64,000 nt of DNA from Eledone cirrhosa (GCA_964016885.1 OZ024743.1:209746001-209810000); one strand, 5' to 3'. Numbered from the stretch's first letter, positions 14,371 through 31,800 are shown. The notes: generated by a model not told the origin, from the sequence alone. A program made the numbers and translations.

Positions 14371-17300
14371 TCCTATAGCCAGATGAAAGCTCTTCACTCC
14401 ATAAAATATACCACAGTTTACCATCCTATAGCCACAGATGAAAGCTCTTCACTTCATGAGATATACCACAGTTTACCATCCTATAGCCACGCCACGGAAG
14501 AAAGCTCTTCACTCCATAAGATATACCACAGTTTACAATCCTATAGCCACAGATGAAAGCTCTTCACTCCTTGAGATATACCACAGTTTAACATCCTATG
14601 GCCACAGACGAATGCTCTTCACTCCATAAGATATACCACAGTTTACCATCCTATAGCCACACATGAAAGCTCTTAACTCCATAAGATATACCACAGTTTA
14701 CCATCCTATAGCCACGCCACGGATGAAAGCTATTCACTCCATAAGATATACCACAGTTTACCATCCTATAGTCACACATGAAAGCTCTTCACTCCATAAG
14801 ATATAACACAGTTTACCATCCTATAGCCAGATGAAAGCTCTTCACTCCATAAGATATACCACAGTTTGCCATCCTATAGCCACACATGAAATCTCTTCAC
14901 TCCATCAGATATACCACAGTTTACCATCCTATAGCCACACATGAAAGCTCTTCACTCCATAAGATATACCACAGTTTACCATCCTATGGCCACAGATGAA
15001 AGCTCTTCACCCCATAAGATATACCACAGTTTACCATCCTATAGCCACACATGAAAGCTCTTCACCCCATAAGATATACCACAGTTTAGCATCCTATTGC
15101 CACACATGAAAGTTCTTCACTCGATAAGATATACCACAGTTTACCAATCTATAGCCACACATGAAAGCTCTTCACTCCATAAGATATACCAAAGTTTACC
15201 ATCCTATAGCAAGATGAAAGCTCTTCACTCCATAAGATATACGACAGTTTACCATCCTATAGCCACACATGAAAACTCTTCAATCCATAAGATATACCTC
15301 AGTTTACCATCTTATAGCCACAGATGAAATCTGTTCACTCCATAAGATATACCACAGTTTACCATCCTATAGCCACACATGAAAGCTCTTCACTCCATAA
15401 GATATACCACAGTTTACCATCCTATAGTCACACATGAAAGCTCTTCACTCCATAAGATATAACACAGTTTACCATCCTATAGCCAGATGAAAGCTCTTCA
15501 CTCCATAAGATATACCACAGTTTGCCATCCTATAGCCACAGATGAAAGCTCTTCACTCCTTAAGATATACCACAGTTTACCATCTTGTAGCCACAGATGA
15601 AAGCTCTTCACTCCATAACATATACCACAGTTTACCATCCTATAGCCACAGATGAAAGCTGTTCACTCGATAAGATATACCACAATTTACCATCCTATAG
15701 CCACACATGAAAGCGCTTCACTCCATGAGATATACCACAGTTTACCATCCTATAGCCACACATGAAAGCTCTTCACTTCAGAAGATATACCACAGTTTAC
15801 CATCCTATAGCCAGATGAAAGCTCTTCACTCCATAAGATATACCACAGTTCACCATCCTATAGCCACAGATGAAAGCTCTTCACTCCACAAGATATACCA
15901 CAGTTTACCATCCTATAGCCACAGATGAAAACTCTTCACTCCATAAGATATACCACAGTTTACCATCCTATAGCCACACATGAAAGCTCTTCACTCCATA
16001 AGATATACCACAGTTTACCATCCTATAGCCACAGATGAAAGCTCTTCACCCCATAAGATATACCACAGTTTACCATCCTATAGCCACACATGAAAGCTCT
16101 TCACTCCATAAGATATACCACAGTTTACCATCCTATAGCCACAGATGAAAGCTCTTCACCCCATAAGATATACCACAGTTTACCATCCTATAGCCACACA
16201 TGAAATCTCTTCACTCCATCAGATATACCACAGTTTACCATCCTATAGCCACACATGAAAGCTCTTCACTCCATAAGATATACCACAGTTTACCATCCTA
16301 TGGCCACAGATGAAAGCTCTTCACCCCATAAGATATACCACAGTTTACCATCCTATAGCCACACATGAAAGCTCTTCACCCCATAAGATATACCACAGTT
16401 TAGCATCCTATTGCCACACATGAAAGTTCTTCACTCGATAAGATATACCACAGTTTACCAATCTATAGCCACACATGAAAGCTCTTCACTCCATAAGATA
16501 TACCACAGTTTACCATCCTATAGCAAGATGAAAGCTCTTCACTCCATAAGATATACGACAGTTTACCATCCTATAGCCACACATGAAAACTCTTCAATCC
16601 ATAAGATATACCTCAGTTTACCATCTTATAGCCACAGATGAAATCTGTTCACTCCATAAGATATACCACAGTTTACCATCCTATAGCCACACATGAAAGC
16701 TCTTCACTCCATAAGATATACCACAGTTTACCATACTATAGCCACAGATGAAAGCTCTTCACCCCATAAGATATACCACAGTTTACCATCCTATAGCCAC
16801 ACATGAAAGCTCTTCACTACATAAGATATACCACAGTTTACCATCCTATAGCCACACATGAAAGCTCTTCACTCCATAAGATATACCACAGTTTACCATC
16901 CTATAGCCACAGATGAAAGCTCTTCACCCCATAAGATATACCACAGTTTACCATCCTATTGCCACACATGAAAGCTCTTCACTCCATAAGATATACCACA
17001 GTTTACCATCCTATAGCCAGATGAAAGCTCTTCACTCCATAAGATATACGACAGTTTACCATCCTATAGCCACACATGAAATCTCTTCACTCCATAAGAT
17101 ATACCTCAGTTTACCATCCTATAGCCACAGATGAAAGCTCTTCACTCCATAAGATATACCACAGTTTACCATCCTATAGCCACACATGAAAGCTCTTCAC
17201 CCCATAAGATATACCACAGTTTACCATCCTATAGCCACACATGAAAGCTCTTCACTCCATCAGATATACCACAGTTTACCATCCTATAGCCACACATGAA

Positions 17301-19899
17301 AGCTCTTCACTCCATAAGATATACCACAGTTTACCATCCTATGGCCACAGATGAAAGCTCTTCACCCCATAAGATATACCACAGTTTACCATCCTATAGC
17401 CACACATGAAAGCTCTTCACCCCATAAGATATACCACAGTTTAGCATCCTATTGCCACACATGAAAGTTCTTCACTCGATAAGATATACCACAGTTTACC
17501 AATCTATAGCCACACATGAAAGCTCTTCACTCCATAAGATATACCACAGTTTACCATCCTATAGCAAGATGAAAGCTCTTCACTCCATAAGATATACGAC
17601 AGTTTACCATCCTATAGCCACACATGAAAACTCTTCAATCCATAAGATATACCTCAGTTTACCATCTTATAGCCACAGATGAAAGCTCTTCACCCCATAA
17701 GATATACCACAGTTTACCATCCTATAGCCACACATGAAAGCTCTTCACTACATAAGATATACCACAGTTTACCATCCTATAGCCACACATGAAAGCTCTT
17801 CACTCCATAAGATATACCACAGTTTACCATCCTATAGCCACAGATGAAAGCTCTTCACCCCATAAGATATACCACAGTTTACCATCCTATTGCCACACAT
17901 GAAAGCTCTTCACTCCATAAGATATACCACAGTTTACCATCCTATAGCCAGATGAAAGCTCTTCACTCCATAAGATATACGACAGTTTACCATCCTATAG
18001 CCACACATGAAATCTCTTCAGTCCATAAGATATACCTCAGTTTACCATCCTATAGCCACAGATGAAAGCTCTTCACTCCATAAGATATACCACAGTTTAC
18101 CATCCTATAGCCACACATGAAAGCTCTTCACGCCATAAGATATACCTCGGTTTACCATCCTATAGCCACAGATGAAAGCTCTTCACTCCATAAGATATAC
18201 CACAGTTTACTATCCTATAGCCACACATGAGAGCTCTTCACTCCATAAGATATACCACAGTTTACCATCCTATGGCCACACATGAAAGCTCTTCACCCCA
18301 TAAGATATACCACAGTTTACCATCCTATAGCCAGATGAAAGCTCTTCACTCCGTAAAATATACCACAGTTTACCATCCTATAGCCACACATAAAAGCTCT
18401 TCACTCCATAAGATATACCACAGTTGACCATCCTAGAGCCACACATGAGAGCTCTTCACTCCATAAGATATACCACAGTTTACCATCCTATAGCCACACA
18501 TGAAAGCTCTTCACTCCATAAGATATACCACCGTTTACCATCCTATGGCCACACATGAAAGCTCTTCACTCCATAAGATATACCACAGTTTACCATCCTA
18601 TAGCCAGATGAAAGCTCTTCACTCCATAAAATATACCACAGTTTACCATCCTATAGCCACAGATGAAAGCTCTTCACTCCATAAGATATACCACAGTTTA
18701 CCGTCCTATAGCCAGATGAAAGCTCTTCACTCCATAAGATATACCACAGTTTACCACCCTATAGCCACAGATGAAAGCTCTTCACTTCATGAGATATACC
18801 ACAGTTTACCATCCTATAGCCACGCCATGGAAGAAAGCTCTTCACTCCATAAGATATACCACAGTTTACAATCCTATAGCCACAGATGAAAGCTCTTCAC
18901 TCCATGAGATATACCACAGTTTACCATCCTATGGCCACAGACGAATGCTCTTCACTCCATAAGATATACCACAGTTTACCATCCTATAGCCACAGATGAA
19001 AGCTCTTCACTCCATAAGATATACCACAGTTTACCATCCTATAGCCACACATGAAAGCTCTTAACTCCATAAGATATACCACAGTTTACCATCCTATAGC
19101 CACGCCACGGATGAAAGCTATTCACTCCATAAGATATACCACAGTTTACCATCCTATAGTCACACATGAAAGCTCTTCACTCCATAAGATATAACACAGT
19201 TTACCATCCTATAGCCAGATGAAAGATCTTCACTCCATAAGATATACCACAGTTTGCCATCCTATAGCCACATATGAAAGCTCTTCACTCCTTAAGATAT
19301 ACCACAGTTTACCATCTTGTAGCCACAGATGAAAGCTCTTCACTCCATAACATATACCACAGTTTACCATCCTATAGCCACACATGAAAGCTCTTCACTC
19401 CATAAGATATACCACCGTTTACCATCCTATGGCCACACATGAAAGCTCTTCACTCCATAAGATATACCACAGTTTACCATCCTATAGCCAGATGAAAGCT
19501 CTTCACTCCATAAAATATACCACAGTTTACCATCCTATAGCCACAGATGAAAGCTCTTCACTCCATAAGATATACCACAGTTTACCGTCCTATAGCCAGA
19601 TGAAAGCTCTTCACTCCATAAGATATACCACAGTTTACCACCCTATAGCCACAGATGAAAGCTCTTCACTTCATGAGATATACCACAGTTTACCATCCTA
19701 TAGCCACGCCACGGAAGAAAGCTCTTCACTCCATAAGACATAACACAGTTTACCATCCTATAGCCAGATGAAAGATCTTCACTCCATAAGATATACCACA
19801 GTTTGCCATCCTATAGCCACATATGAAAGCTCTTCACTCCTTAAGATATACCACAGTTTACCATCTTGTAGCCACAGATGAAAGCTCTTCACTCCATAA

Positions 19900-22800
19900 G
19901 ATATACCACAGTTTACCATCCTATAGCCACAGATGAAAGCTGTTCACTCGATAAGATATACCACAGTTTACCATCCTATAGCCACACATGAAAGCGCTTC
20001 ACTCCATGAGATATACCACAGTTTACCATCCTATAGCCACACATGAAAGCTCTTCACTCCAGAAGATATACCACAGTTTACCATCCTATAGCCAGATGAA
20101 AGCTCTTCACTCCATAAGATATACCACAGTTTACCATCCTATAGCCACAGATGAAAGCTCTTCACTCGTTAAGATATACCACAGTTTACCATCCTATAGC
20201 CACAGATGAAAGCTCTTCACTCCATAAGATATACCACAGTTCACCATCCTATAGCCACAGATGAAAGCTCTTCACTCCACAAGATATACCACAGTTTACC
20301 ATCCTATAGCCACAGATGAAAGCTCTTCACTCCATAAGATATACCACAGTTTACCATCCTATAGCCACAGATGAAAGCTCTTCACCCCATAAGATATACC
20401 ACAGTTTACCATCCTATAGCCACACATGAAAGCTCTTCACTCCATAAGATATACCACAGTTTACCATCCTATAGCCACAGATGAAAGCTCTTCACCCCAT
20501 AAGATATACCACAGTTTACCATCCTATAGCCACACATGAAAGCTCTTCACTCCATCAGATATACCACAGTTTACCATCCTATAGCCACACATGAAAGCTC
20601 TTCACTCCATAAGATATACCACATTTTACCATCCTATAGCCACAGATGAAAGCTCTTCACCCCATAAGATATACCACAGTTTACCATCCTATAGCCACAC
20701 ATGAAAGCTCTTCACCCCATAAGATATACCACAGTTTAGCATCCTATTGCCACACATGAAAGTTCTTCACTCGATAAGATATACCACAGTTTAACAATCT
20801 ATAGCCACACATGAAAGCTCTTCACTCCATAAGATATACCACAGTTTACCATCCTATAGCAAGATGAAAGCTCTTCACTCCATAAGATATACGACAGTTT
20901 ACCATCCTATAGCCACACATGAAAGCTCTTCAATCCATAAGATATACCTCAGTTTACCATCTTATAGCCACAGATGAAAGCTCTTCACTCCATAAGATAT
21001 ACCACAGTTTACCATCCTATAGCCACACATGAAAGCTCTTCTCTCCATAAGATATACCACAGTTTACCATCCTATAGCCACACATGAAAGCTCTTCACTC
21101 CATAAGATATACCACAGTTTACCATGCTATAGCCACAGATGAAAGCTGTTCACTCCATAAGATATACCACAGTTTACCATCCTATAGCCACACATGAAAG
21201 CTCTTCACTCCATAAGATATACCACAGTTTACCATCCTATAGCCACAGATGAAAGCTCTTCACCCCATAAGATATACCACAGTTTACCATCCTATAGCCA
21301 CACATGAAAGCTCTTCACTACATAAGATATACCACAGTTTACCATCCTATAGCCACACATGAAAGCTCTTCACTCCATAAGATATACCACAGTTTACCAT
21401 CCTATAGCCACAGATGAAAGCTCTCCACCCCATAAGATATACGACAGTTTACCATCCTATAGCCACACATGAAAGCTCTTCACTCCATAAGATATACCAC
21501 AGTTTACCATCCTATGGCCACAGATGAAAGCTCTTCACCCCATAAGATATACCACAGTTTACCATCCTATAGCCACACATGAAAGCTCTTCACCCCATAA
21601 GATATACCACAGTTTAGCATCCTATTGCCACACATGAAAGTTCTTCACTCGATAAGATATACCACAGTTTACCAATCTATAGCCACACATGAAAGCTCTT
21701 CACTTCATAAGATATACCACAGTTTACCATCCTATAGCAAGATGAAAGCTCTTCACTCCATAAGATATACCACAGTTTACCATCCTATAGCCACACATGA
21801 AAGCTCTTCAATCCATAAGATATACCTCAGTTTACCATCTTATAGCCACAGATGAAATCTGTTCACTCCATAAGATATACCACAGTTTACCATCCTATAG
21901 CCACACATGAAAGCTCTTCACTCCATAAGATATACCACAGTTTACCATCCTATAGCCACAGATGAAAGCTCTTCACCCCATAAGATATACCACAGTTTAC
22001 CATCCTATAGCCACACATGAAAGCTCTTCACTACATAAGATATACCACAGTTTACCATCCTATAGCCACACATGAAAGCTCTTCACTCCATAAGATATAC
22101 CACAGTTTACCATCCTATAGCCACAGATGAAAGCTCTTCACCCCATAAGATATACCACAGTTTACCATCCTATTGCCACACATGAAAGCTCTTCACTCCA
22201 TAAGATATACCTCAGTTTACCATCCTATAGCCACAGATGAAAGCTCTTCACTCCATAAGATATACCACAGTTTACTATCCGATAGCCACACATGAGAGCT
22301 CTTCACTCCATAAGATATACCACAGTTTACCATCCTATGGCCACACATGAAAGCTCTTCACCCCATAAGATATACCACAGTTTACCATCCTATAGCCAGA
22401 TGAAAGCTCTTCACTCCGTAAAATATACCACAGTTTACCATCCTATAGCCACACATGAGAGCTCTTCACTCCATAAGATATACCACAGTTTACCATCCTA
22501 TAGCCACACATGAAAGCTCTTCACTCCATAAGATATACCACCGTTTACCATCCTATGGCCACACATGAAAGCTCTTCACCTCATAAGATATACCACAGTT
22601 TACCATCCTATAGCCAGATGAAAGCTCTTCACTCCATAAAATATACCACAGTTTACCATCCTATAGCCACAGATGAAAGCTCTTCACTCCATAAGATATA
22701 CCACAGTTTACCGTCCTATAGCCAGATGAAAGCTCTTCACTCCATAAGATATACCACAGTTTACCACCCTATAGCCACAGATGAAAGCTCTTCACTTCAT

Positions 22801-25800
22801 GAGATATACCACAGTTTACCATCCTATAGCCACGCCACGGAAGAAAGCTCTTCACTCCATAAGATATACCACAGTTTACAATCCTATAGCCACAGATGAA
22901 ATCTCTTCACTCCATGAGATATACCACAGTTTACCATCCTATGGCCACAGACGAATGCTCTTCACTCCATAAGATATACCACAGTTTACCATCCTATAGC
23001 CACAGATGAAAGCTCTTCACTCCATAAGATATACCACAGTTTACCATCCTATAGCCACGCCACGGATGAAAGCTATTCACTCCATAAGATATACCACAGT
23101 TTACCATCCTATAGTCACACATGAAAGCTCTTCACTCCATAAGATATAACACAGTTTACCATCCTATAGCCAGATGAAAGCTCTTCACTCCATAAGATAT
23201 ACCACAGTTTGCCATCCTATAGCCACAGATGAAAGCTCTTCACTCCTTAAGATATACCACAGTTTACCATCTTGTAGCCACAGATGAAAGCTCTTCACTC
23301 CATAACATATACCACAGTTTACCATCCTATAGCCACAGATGAAAGCTGTTCACTCGATAAGATATACCACAGTTTACCATCGTATAGCCACACATGAAAG
23401 CGCTTCACTCCATGAGATATACCACAGTTTACCATCCTATAGCCACACATGAAAGCTCTTCACTCCAGAAGATATACCACAGTTTACCATCCTATAGCCA
23501 GATGAAAGCTCTTCACTCCATAAGATATACCACAGTTTACCATCCTATAGCCACAGATGAAAGCTCTTCACTCGTTAAGATATACCACAGTTTACCATCC
23601 TATAGCCACAGATGAAAGCTCTTCACTCCATAAGATATACCACAGTTCACCATCCTATAGCCACAGATGAAAGCTCTTCACTCCACAAGATATACCACAG
23701 TTTACCATCCTATAGCCACAGATGAAAGCTCTTCACTCCATAAGATATACCACAGTTTACCATCCTATAGCCACAGATGAAAGCTCTTCACCCCATAAGA
23801 TATACCACAGTTTACCATCCTATAGCCACACATGAAAGCTCTTCACTCCATAAGATATACCACAGTTTACCATCCTATAGCCACAGATGAAAGCTCTTCA
23901 CCCCATAAGATATACCATAGTGTACCATCCTATAGCCACACATGAAAGCTCTTCACTCCATCAGATATACCACAGTTTACCATCCTATAGCCACACATGA
24001 AAGCTCTTCACTCCATAAGATATACCACAGTTTACCATCCTATAGCCACACATGAAAGCTCTTCACCCCATAAGATATACCACAGTTTAGCATCCTATTG
24101 CCACACATGAAAATTCTTCACTCGATAAGATATACCACAGTTTACCAATCTATAGCCACACATGAAAGCTATTCACTCCATAAGATATACCACACTTTAC
24201 CATCCTATAGCAAGATGAAAGCTCTTCACTCCATAAGATATACGACAGTTTACCATCCTATAGCCACACATGAAAGCTCTTCAATCCATAAGATATACCT
24301 CAGTTTACCATCTTATAGCCACAGATGAAAGCTCTTCACTCCATAAGATATACCACAGTTTACCATCCTATAGCCACACATGAAAGCTCTTCACTCCATA
24401 AGATATACCACAGTTTACCATCCTATAGCCACACATGAAAGCTCTTCACTCCATAAGATATACCACAGTTTACCATGCTATAGCCACAGATGAAAGCTGT
24501 TCACTCCATAAGATATACCACAGTTTACCATCCTATAGCCACACATGAAAGCTCTTCACTCCATAAGATATACCACAGTTTACCATCCTATAGCCACAGA
24601 TGAAAGCTCTTCACCCCATAAGATATACCACAGTTTACCATCCTATAGCCACACATGAAAGCTCTTCACTACATAAGATATACCACAGTTTACCATCCTA
24701 TAGCCACAGATGAAAGCTCTTCACTCCATAAGATATACCACAGTTTACCATCCTATAGCCACAGATGAAAGCTCTCCACCCCATAAGATATACCACAGTT
24801 TACCATCCTATTGCCACACATGAAAGCTCTTCACTCCATAAGATATACCACAGTTTACTATCCGATAGCCACACATGAGAGCTCTTCACTCCATAAGATA
24901 TACCACAGTTTACCATCCTATGGCCACACATGAAAGCTCTTCACCCCATAAGATATACCACAGTTTACCATCCTATAACCAGATGAAAGCTCTTCACTCC
25001 GTAAAATATACCACAGTTTACCATCTTATAGCCACACATGAAAGCTCTTCACTCCATAAGATATACCACAGTTGACCATCCTATAGCCACACATGAGAGC
25101 TCTTCACTCCATAAGATATACCACAGTTTACCATCCTATAGCCACACATGAAAGCTCTTCACTCCATAAGATATACCACCGTTTACCATCCTATGGCCAC
25201 ACATGAAAGCTCTTCACTCCATAAGATATACCACAGTTTACCATCCTATAGCCAGATGAAAGCTCTTCACTCCATAAAATATACCACAGTTTACCATCCT
25301 ATAGCCACAGATGAAAGCTCTTCACTCCATAAGATATACCACAGTTTACCGTCCTATAGCCAGATGAAAGCTCTTCACTCCATAAGATATACCACAGTTT
25401 ACCACCCTATAGCCACAGATGAAAGCTCTTCACTTCATGAGATATACCACAGTTTACCATCCTATAGCCACGCCACGGAAGAAAGCTCTTCACTCCATAA
25501 GATATACCACAGTTTACAATCCTATAGCCACAGATGAAAGCTCTTCACTCCATGAGATATACCACAGTTTACCATCCTATGGCCACAGACGAATGCTCTT
25601 CACTCCATAAGATATACCACAGTTTACCATCCTATAGCCACAGATGAAAGCTCTTCACTCCATAAGATATACCACAGTTTACCATCCTATAGCCACACAT
25701 GATAGCTCTTAATTCCATAAGATATACCACAGTTTACCATCCTATAGCCACGCCACGGATGAAAGCTATTCACTCCATAAGATATACCACAGTTTACCAT

Positions 25801-28800
25801 CGTATAGTCACACATGAAAGCTCTTCACTCCATAAGATATACCACAGTTTGCCATCCTATAGCCACAGATGAAAGCTCTTCACTCCTTAAGATATACCAC
25901 AGTTTACCATCTTGTAGCCACAGATGAAAGCTCTTCACTCCATAACATATACCACAGTTTACCATCCTATAGCCACAGATTAAGGCTGTTCACTCGATAA
26001 GATATACCACAGTTTACCATCCTATAGCCACACATGAAAGCGCTTCACTCCATGAGATATACCACAGTTTACCATCCTATAGCCACACATGAAAGCTCTT
26101 CACTCCAGAAGATATACCACAGTTTACCATCCTATAGCCAGATGAAAGCTCTTCACTCCATAAGATATACCACAGTTTACCATCCTATAGCCACAGATGA
26201 AAGCTCTTCACTCGTTAAGATATACCACAGTTTACCATCCTATAGCCACAGATGAAAGCTCTTCACTCCATAAGATATACCACAGTTCACCATCCTATAG
26301 CCACAGATGAAAGCTCTTCACTCCACAAGATATACCACAGTTTACCATCCTATAGCCACAGATGAAAGCTCTTCACTCCATAAGATATACCACAGTTTAC
26401 CATCCTATAGCCACAGATGAAAGCTCTTCACCCCATAAGATATACCACAGTTTACCATCCTATAGCCACACATGAAAGCTCTTCACTCCATAAGATATAC
26501 CACAGTTTACCATCCTATAGCCACAGATGAAAGCTCTTCACCCCATAAGATATACCATAGTGTACCATCCTATAGCCACACATGAAAGCTCTTCACTCCA
26601 TCAGATATACCACAGTTTACCATCCTATAGCCACACATGAAAGCTCTTCACTCCATAAGATATACCACAGTTTACCATCCTATAGCCACAGATGAAAGCT
26701 CTTCACCCCATAAGATATACCACAGTTTACCATCCTATAGCCACACATGAAAGCTCTTCACCCCATAAGATATACCACAGTTTAGCATCCTATTGCCACA
26801 CATGAAAGTTCTTCACTCGATAAGATATACCACAGTTTAACAATCTATAGCCACACATGAAAGCTCTTCACTCCATAAGATATACCACAGTTTACCATCC
26901 TATAGCAAGATGAAAGCTCTTCACTCCATAAGATATACGACAGTTTACCATCCTATAGCCACACATGAAAGCTCTTCAATCCATAAGATATACCTCAGTT
27001 TACCATCTTATAGCCACAGATGAAAGCTCTTCACTCCATAAGATATACCACAGTTTACCATCCTATAGCCACACATGAAAGCTCTTCTCTCCATAAGATA
27101 TACCACAGTTTACCATCCTATAGCCACACATGAAAGCTCTTCACTCCATAAGATATACCACAGTTTACCATGCTATAGCCACAGATGAAAGCTGTTCACT
27201 CCATAAGATATACCACAGTTTACCATCCTATAGCCACACATGAAAGCTCTTCACTCCATAAGATATACCACAGTTTACCATCCTATAGCCACACATGAAA
27301 GCTCTTCACTCCATAAGATATACCACAGTTTACCATCCTATAGCCACAGATGAAAGCTCTCCACCCCATAAGATATACGACAGTTTACCATCCTATAGCC
27401 ACACATGAAAGCTCTTCACTCCATAAGATATACCACAGTTTACCATCCTATGGCCACAGATGAAAGCTCTTCACCCCATAAGATATACCACAGTTTACCA
27501 TCCTATAGCCACACATGAAAGCTCTTCACCCCATAAGATATACCACAGTTTAGCATCCTATTGCCACACATGAAAGTTCTTCACTCGATAAGATATACCA
27601 CAGTTTACCAATCTATAGCCACACATGAAAGCTCTTCACTTCATAAGATATACCACAGTTTACCATCCTATAGCAAGATGAAAGCTCTTCACTCCATAAG
27701 ATATACCACAGTTTACCATCCTATAGCCACACATGAAAGCTCTTCAATCCATAAGATATACCTCAGTTTACCATCTTATAGCCACAGATGAAATCTGTTC
27801 ACTCCATAAGATATACCACAGTTTACCATCCTATAGCCACACATGAAAGCTCTTCACTCCATAAGATATACCACAGTTTACCATCCTATAGCCACAGATG
27901 AAAGCTCTTCACCCCATAAGATATACCACAGTTTACCATCCTATAGCCACACATGAAAGCTCTTCACTACATAAGATATACCACAGTTTACCATCCTATA
28001 GCCACACATGAAAGCTCTTCACTCCATAAGATATACCACAGTTTACCATCCTATAGCCACAGATGAAAGCTCTTCACCCCATAAGATATACCACAGTTTA
28101 CCATCCTATTGCCACACATGAAAGCTCTTCACTCCATAAGATATACCACAGTTTACCATCCTATAGCCACAGATGAAAGCTCTTCACTCCATAAGATATA
28201 CCACAGTTTACTATCCGATAGCCACACATGAAAGCTCTTCAATCCATAAGATATACCTCAGTTTACCATCTTATAGCCACAGATGAAATCTGTTCACTCC
28301 ATAAGATATACCACAATTTACCATCCTATGGCCACACATGAAAGCTCTTCACCCCATAAGATATACCACAGTTTACCATCCTATAGCCAGATGAAAGCTC
28401 TTCACTCCGTAAAATATACCACAGTTTACCATCCTATAGCCACACATGAGAGCTCTTCACTCCATAAGATATACCACAGTTTACCATCCTATAGCCACAC
28501 ATGAAAGCTATTCACTCCATAAGATATACCACCGTTTACCATCCTATGGCCACACATGAAAGCTCTTCACCTCATAAGATATACCACAGTTTACCATCCT
28601 ATAGCCAGATGAAAGCTCTTCACTCCATAAAATATACCACAGTTTACCATCCTATAGCCACAGATGAAAGCTCTTCACTCCATAAGATATACCACAGTTT
28701 ACCGTCCTATAGCCAGATGAAAGCTCTTCACTCCATAAGATATACCACAGTTTACCACCCTATAGCCACAGATGAAAGCTCTTCACTTCATGAGATATAC

Positions 28801-31800
28801 CACAGTTTACCATCCTATAGCCACGCCACGGAAGAAAGCTCTTCACTCCATAAGATATACCACAGTTTACAATCCTATAGCCACAGATGAAATCTCTTCA
28901 CTCCATGAGATATACCACAGTTTACCATCCTATGGCCACAGACGAATGCTCTTCACTCCATAAGATATACCACAGTTTACCATCCTATAGCCACAGATGA
29001 AAGCTCTTCACTCCATAAGATATACCACAGTTTACCATCCTATAGCCACGCCACGGATGAAAGCTATTCACTCCATAAGATATACCACAGTTTACCATCC
29101 TATAGTCACACATGAAAGCTCTTCACTCCATAAGATATAACACAGTTTACCATCCTATAGCCAGATGAAAGCTCTTCACTCCATAAGATATACCACAGTT
29201 TGCCATCCTATAGCCACAGATGAAAGCTCTTCACTCCTTAAGATATACCACAGTTTACCATCTTGTAGCCACAGATGAAAGCTCTTCACTCCATAACATA
29301 TACCACAGTTTACCATCCTATAGCCACAGATGAAAGCTGTTCACTCGATAAGATATACCACAGTTTACCATCGTATAGCCACACATGAAAGCGCTTCACT
29401 CCATGAGATATACCACAGTTTACCATCCTATAGCCACACATGAAAGCTCTTCACTCCAGAAGATATACCACAGTTTACCATCCTATAGCCAGATGAAAGC
29501 TCTTCACTCCATAAGATATACCACAGTTTACCATCCTATAGCCACAGATGAAAGCTCTTCACTCGTTAAGATATACCACAGTTTACCATCCTATAGCCAC
29601 AGATGAAAGCTCTTCACTCCATAAGATATACCACAGTTCACCATCCTATAGCCACAGATGAAAGCTCTTCACTCCACAAGATATACCACAGTTTACCATC
29701 CTATAGCCACAGATGAAAGCTCTTCACTCCATAAGATATACCACAGTTTACCATCCTATAGCCACAGATGAAAGCTCTTCACCCCATAAGATATACCACA
29801 GTTTACCATCCTATAGCCACACATGAAAGCTCTTCACTCCATCAGATATACCACAGTTTACCATCCTATAGCCACAGATGAAAGCTCTTCACTCCATAAG
29901 ATATACCACAGTTTACCATCCTATAGCCACACATGAAAGCTCTTCACCCCATAAGATATACCACAGTTTAGCATCCTATTGCCACACATGAAAATTCTTC
30001 ACTCGATAAGATATACCACAGTTTACCAATCTATAGCCACACATGAAAGCTCTTCACTCCATAAGATATACCACACTTTACCATCCTATAGCAAGATGAA
30101 AGCTCTTCACTCCATAAGATATACGACAGTTTACCATCCTATAGCCACACATGAAAGATCTTCAATCCATAAGATATACCTCAGTTTACCATCTTATAGC
30201 CACAGATGAAAGCTCTTCACTCCATAAGATATACCACAGTTTACCATCCTATAGCCACACATGAAAGCTCTTCACTCCATAAGATATACCACAGTTTACC
30301 ATCCTATAGCCACACATGAAAGCTCTTCACTCCATAAGATATACCACAGTTTACCATGCTATAGCCACAGATGAAAGCTGTTCACTCCATAAGATATACC
30401 ACAGTTTACCATCCTATAGCCACACATGAAAGCTCTTCACTCCATAAGATATACCACAGTTTACCATCCTATAGCCACAGATGAATGCTCTTCACCCCAT
30501 AAGATATACCACAGTTTACCATCCTATAGCCACACATGAAAGCTCTTCACTACATAAGATATACCACAGTTTACCATCCTATAGCCACAGATGAAAGCTC
30601 TTCACTCCATAAGATATACCACAGTTTACCATCCTATAGCCACAGATGAAAGCTCTCCACCCCATAAGATATACCACAGTTTACCATCCTATTGCCACAC
30701 ATGAAAGCTCTTCACTCCATAAGATATACCACAGTTTACTATCCGATAGCCACACATGAGAGCTCTTCACTCCATAAGATATACCACAGTTTACCATCCT
30801 ATGGCCACACATGAAAGCTCTTCACCCCATAAGATATACCACAGTTTACCATCCTATAACCAGATGAAAGCTCTTCACTCCGTAAAATATACCACAGTTT
30901 ACCATCTTATAGCCACACATGAAAGCTCTTCACTCCATAAGATATACCACAGTTGACCATCCTATAGCCACACATGAGAGCTCTTCACTCCATAAGATAT
31001 ACCACAGTTTACCATCCTATAGCCACACATGAAAGCTCTTCACTCCATAAGATATACCACCGTTTACCATCCTATGGCCACACATGAAAGCTCTTCACTC
31101 CATAAGATATACCACAGTTTACCATCCTATAGCCAGATGAAAGCTCTTCACTCCATAAAATATACCACAGTTTACCATCCTATAGCCACAGATGAAAGCT
31201 CTTCACTCCATAAGATATACCACAGTTTACCGTCCTATAGCCAGATGAAAGCTCTTCACTCCATAAGATATACCACAGTTTACCACCCTATAGCCACAGA
31301 TGAAAGCTCTTCACTTCATGAGATATACCACAGTTTACCATCCTATAGCCACGCCACGGAAGAAAGCTCTTCACTCCATAAGATATACCACAGTTTACAA
31401 TCCTATAGCCACAGATGAAAGCTCTTCACTCCATGAGATATACCACAGTTTACCATCCTATGGCCACAGACGAATGCTCTTCACTCCATAAGATATACCA
31501 CAGTTTACCATCCTATAGCCACAGATGAAAGCTCTTCACTCCATAAGATATACCACAGTTTACCATCCTATAGCCACACATGATAGCTCTTAACTCCATA
31601 AGATATACCACAGTTTACCATCCTATAGCCACGCCACGGATGAAAGCTATTCACTCCATAAGATATACCACAGTTTACCATCGTATAGTCACACATGAAA
31701 GCTCTTCACTCCATAAGATATACCACAGTTTGCCATCCTATAGCCACAGATGAAAGCTCTTCACTCCTTAAGATATACCACAGTTTACCATCTTGTAGCC

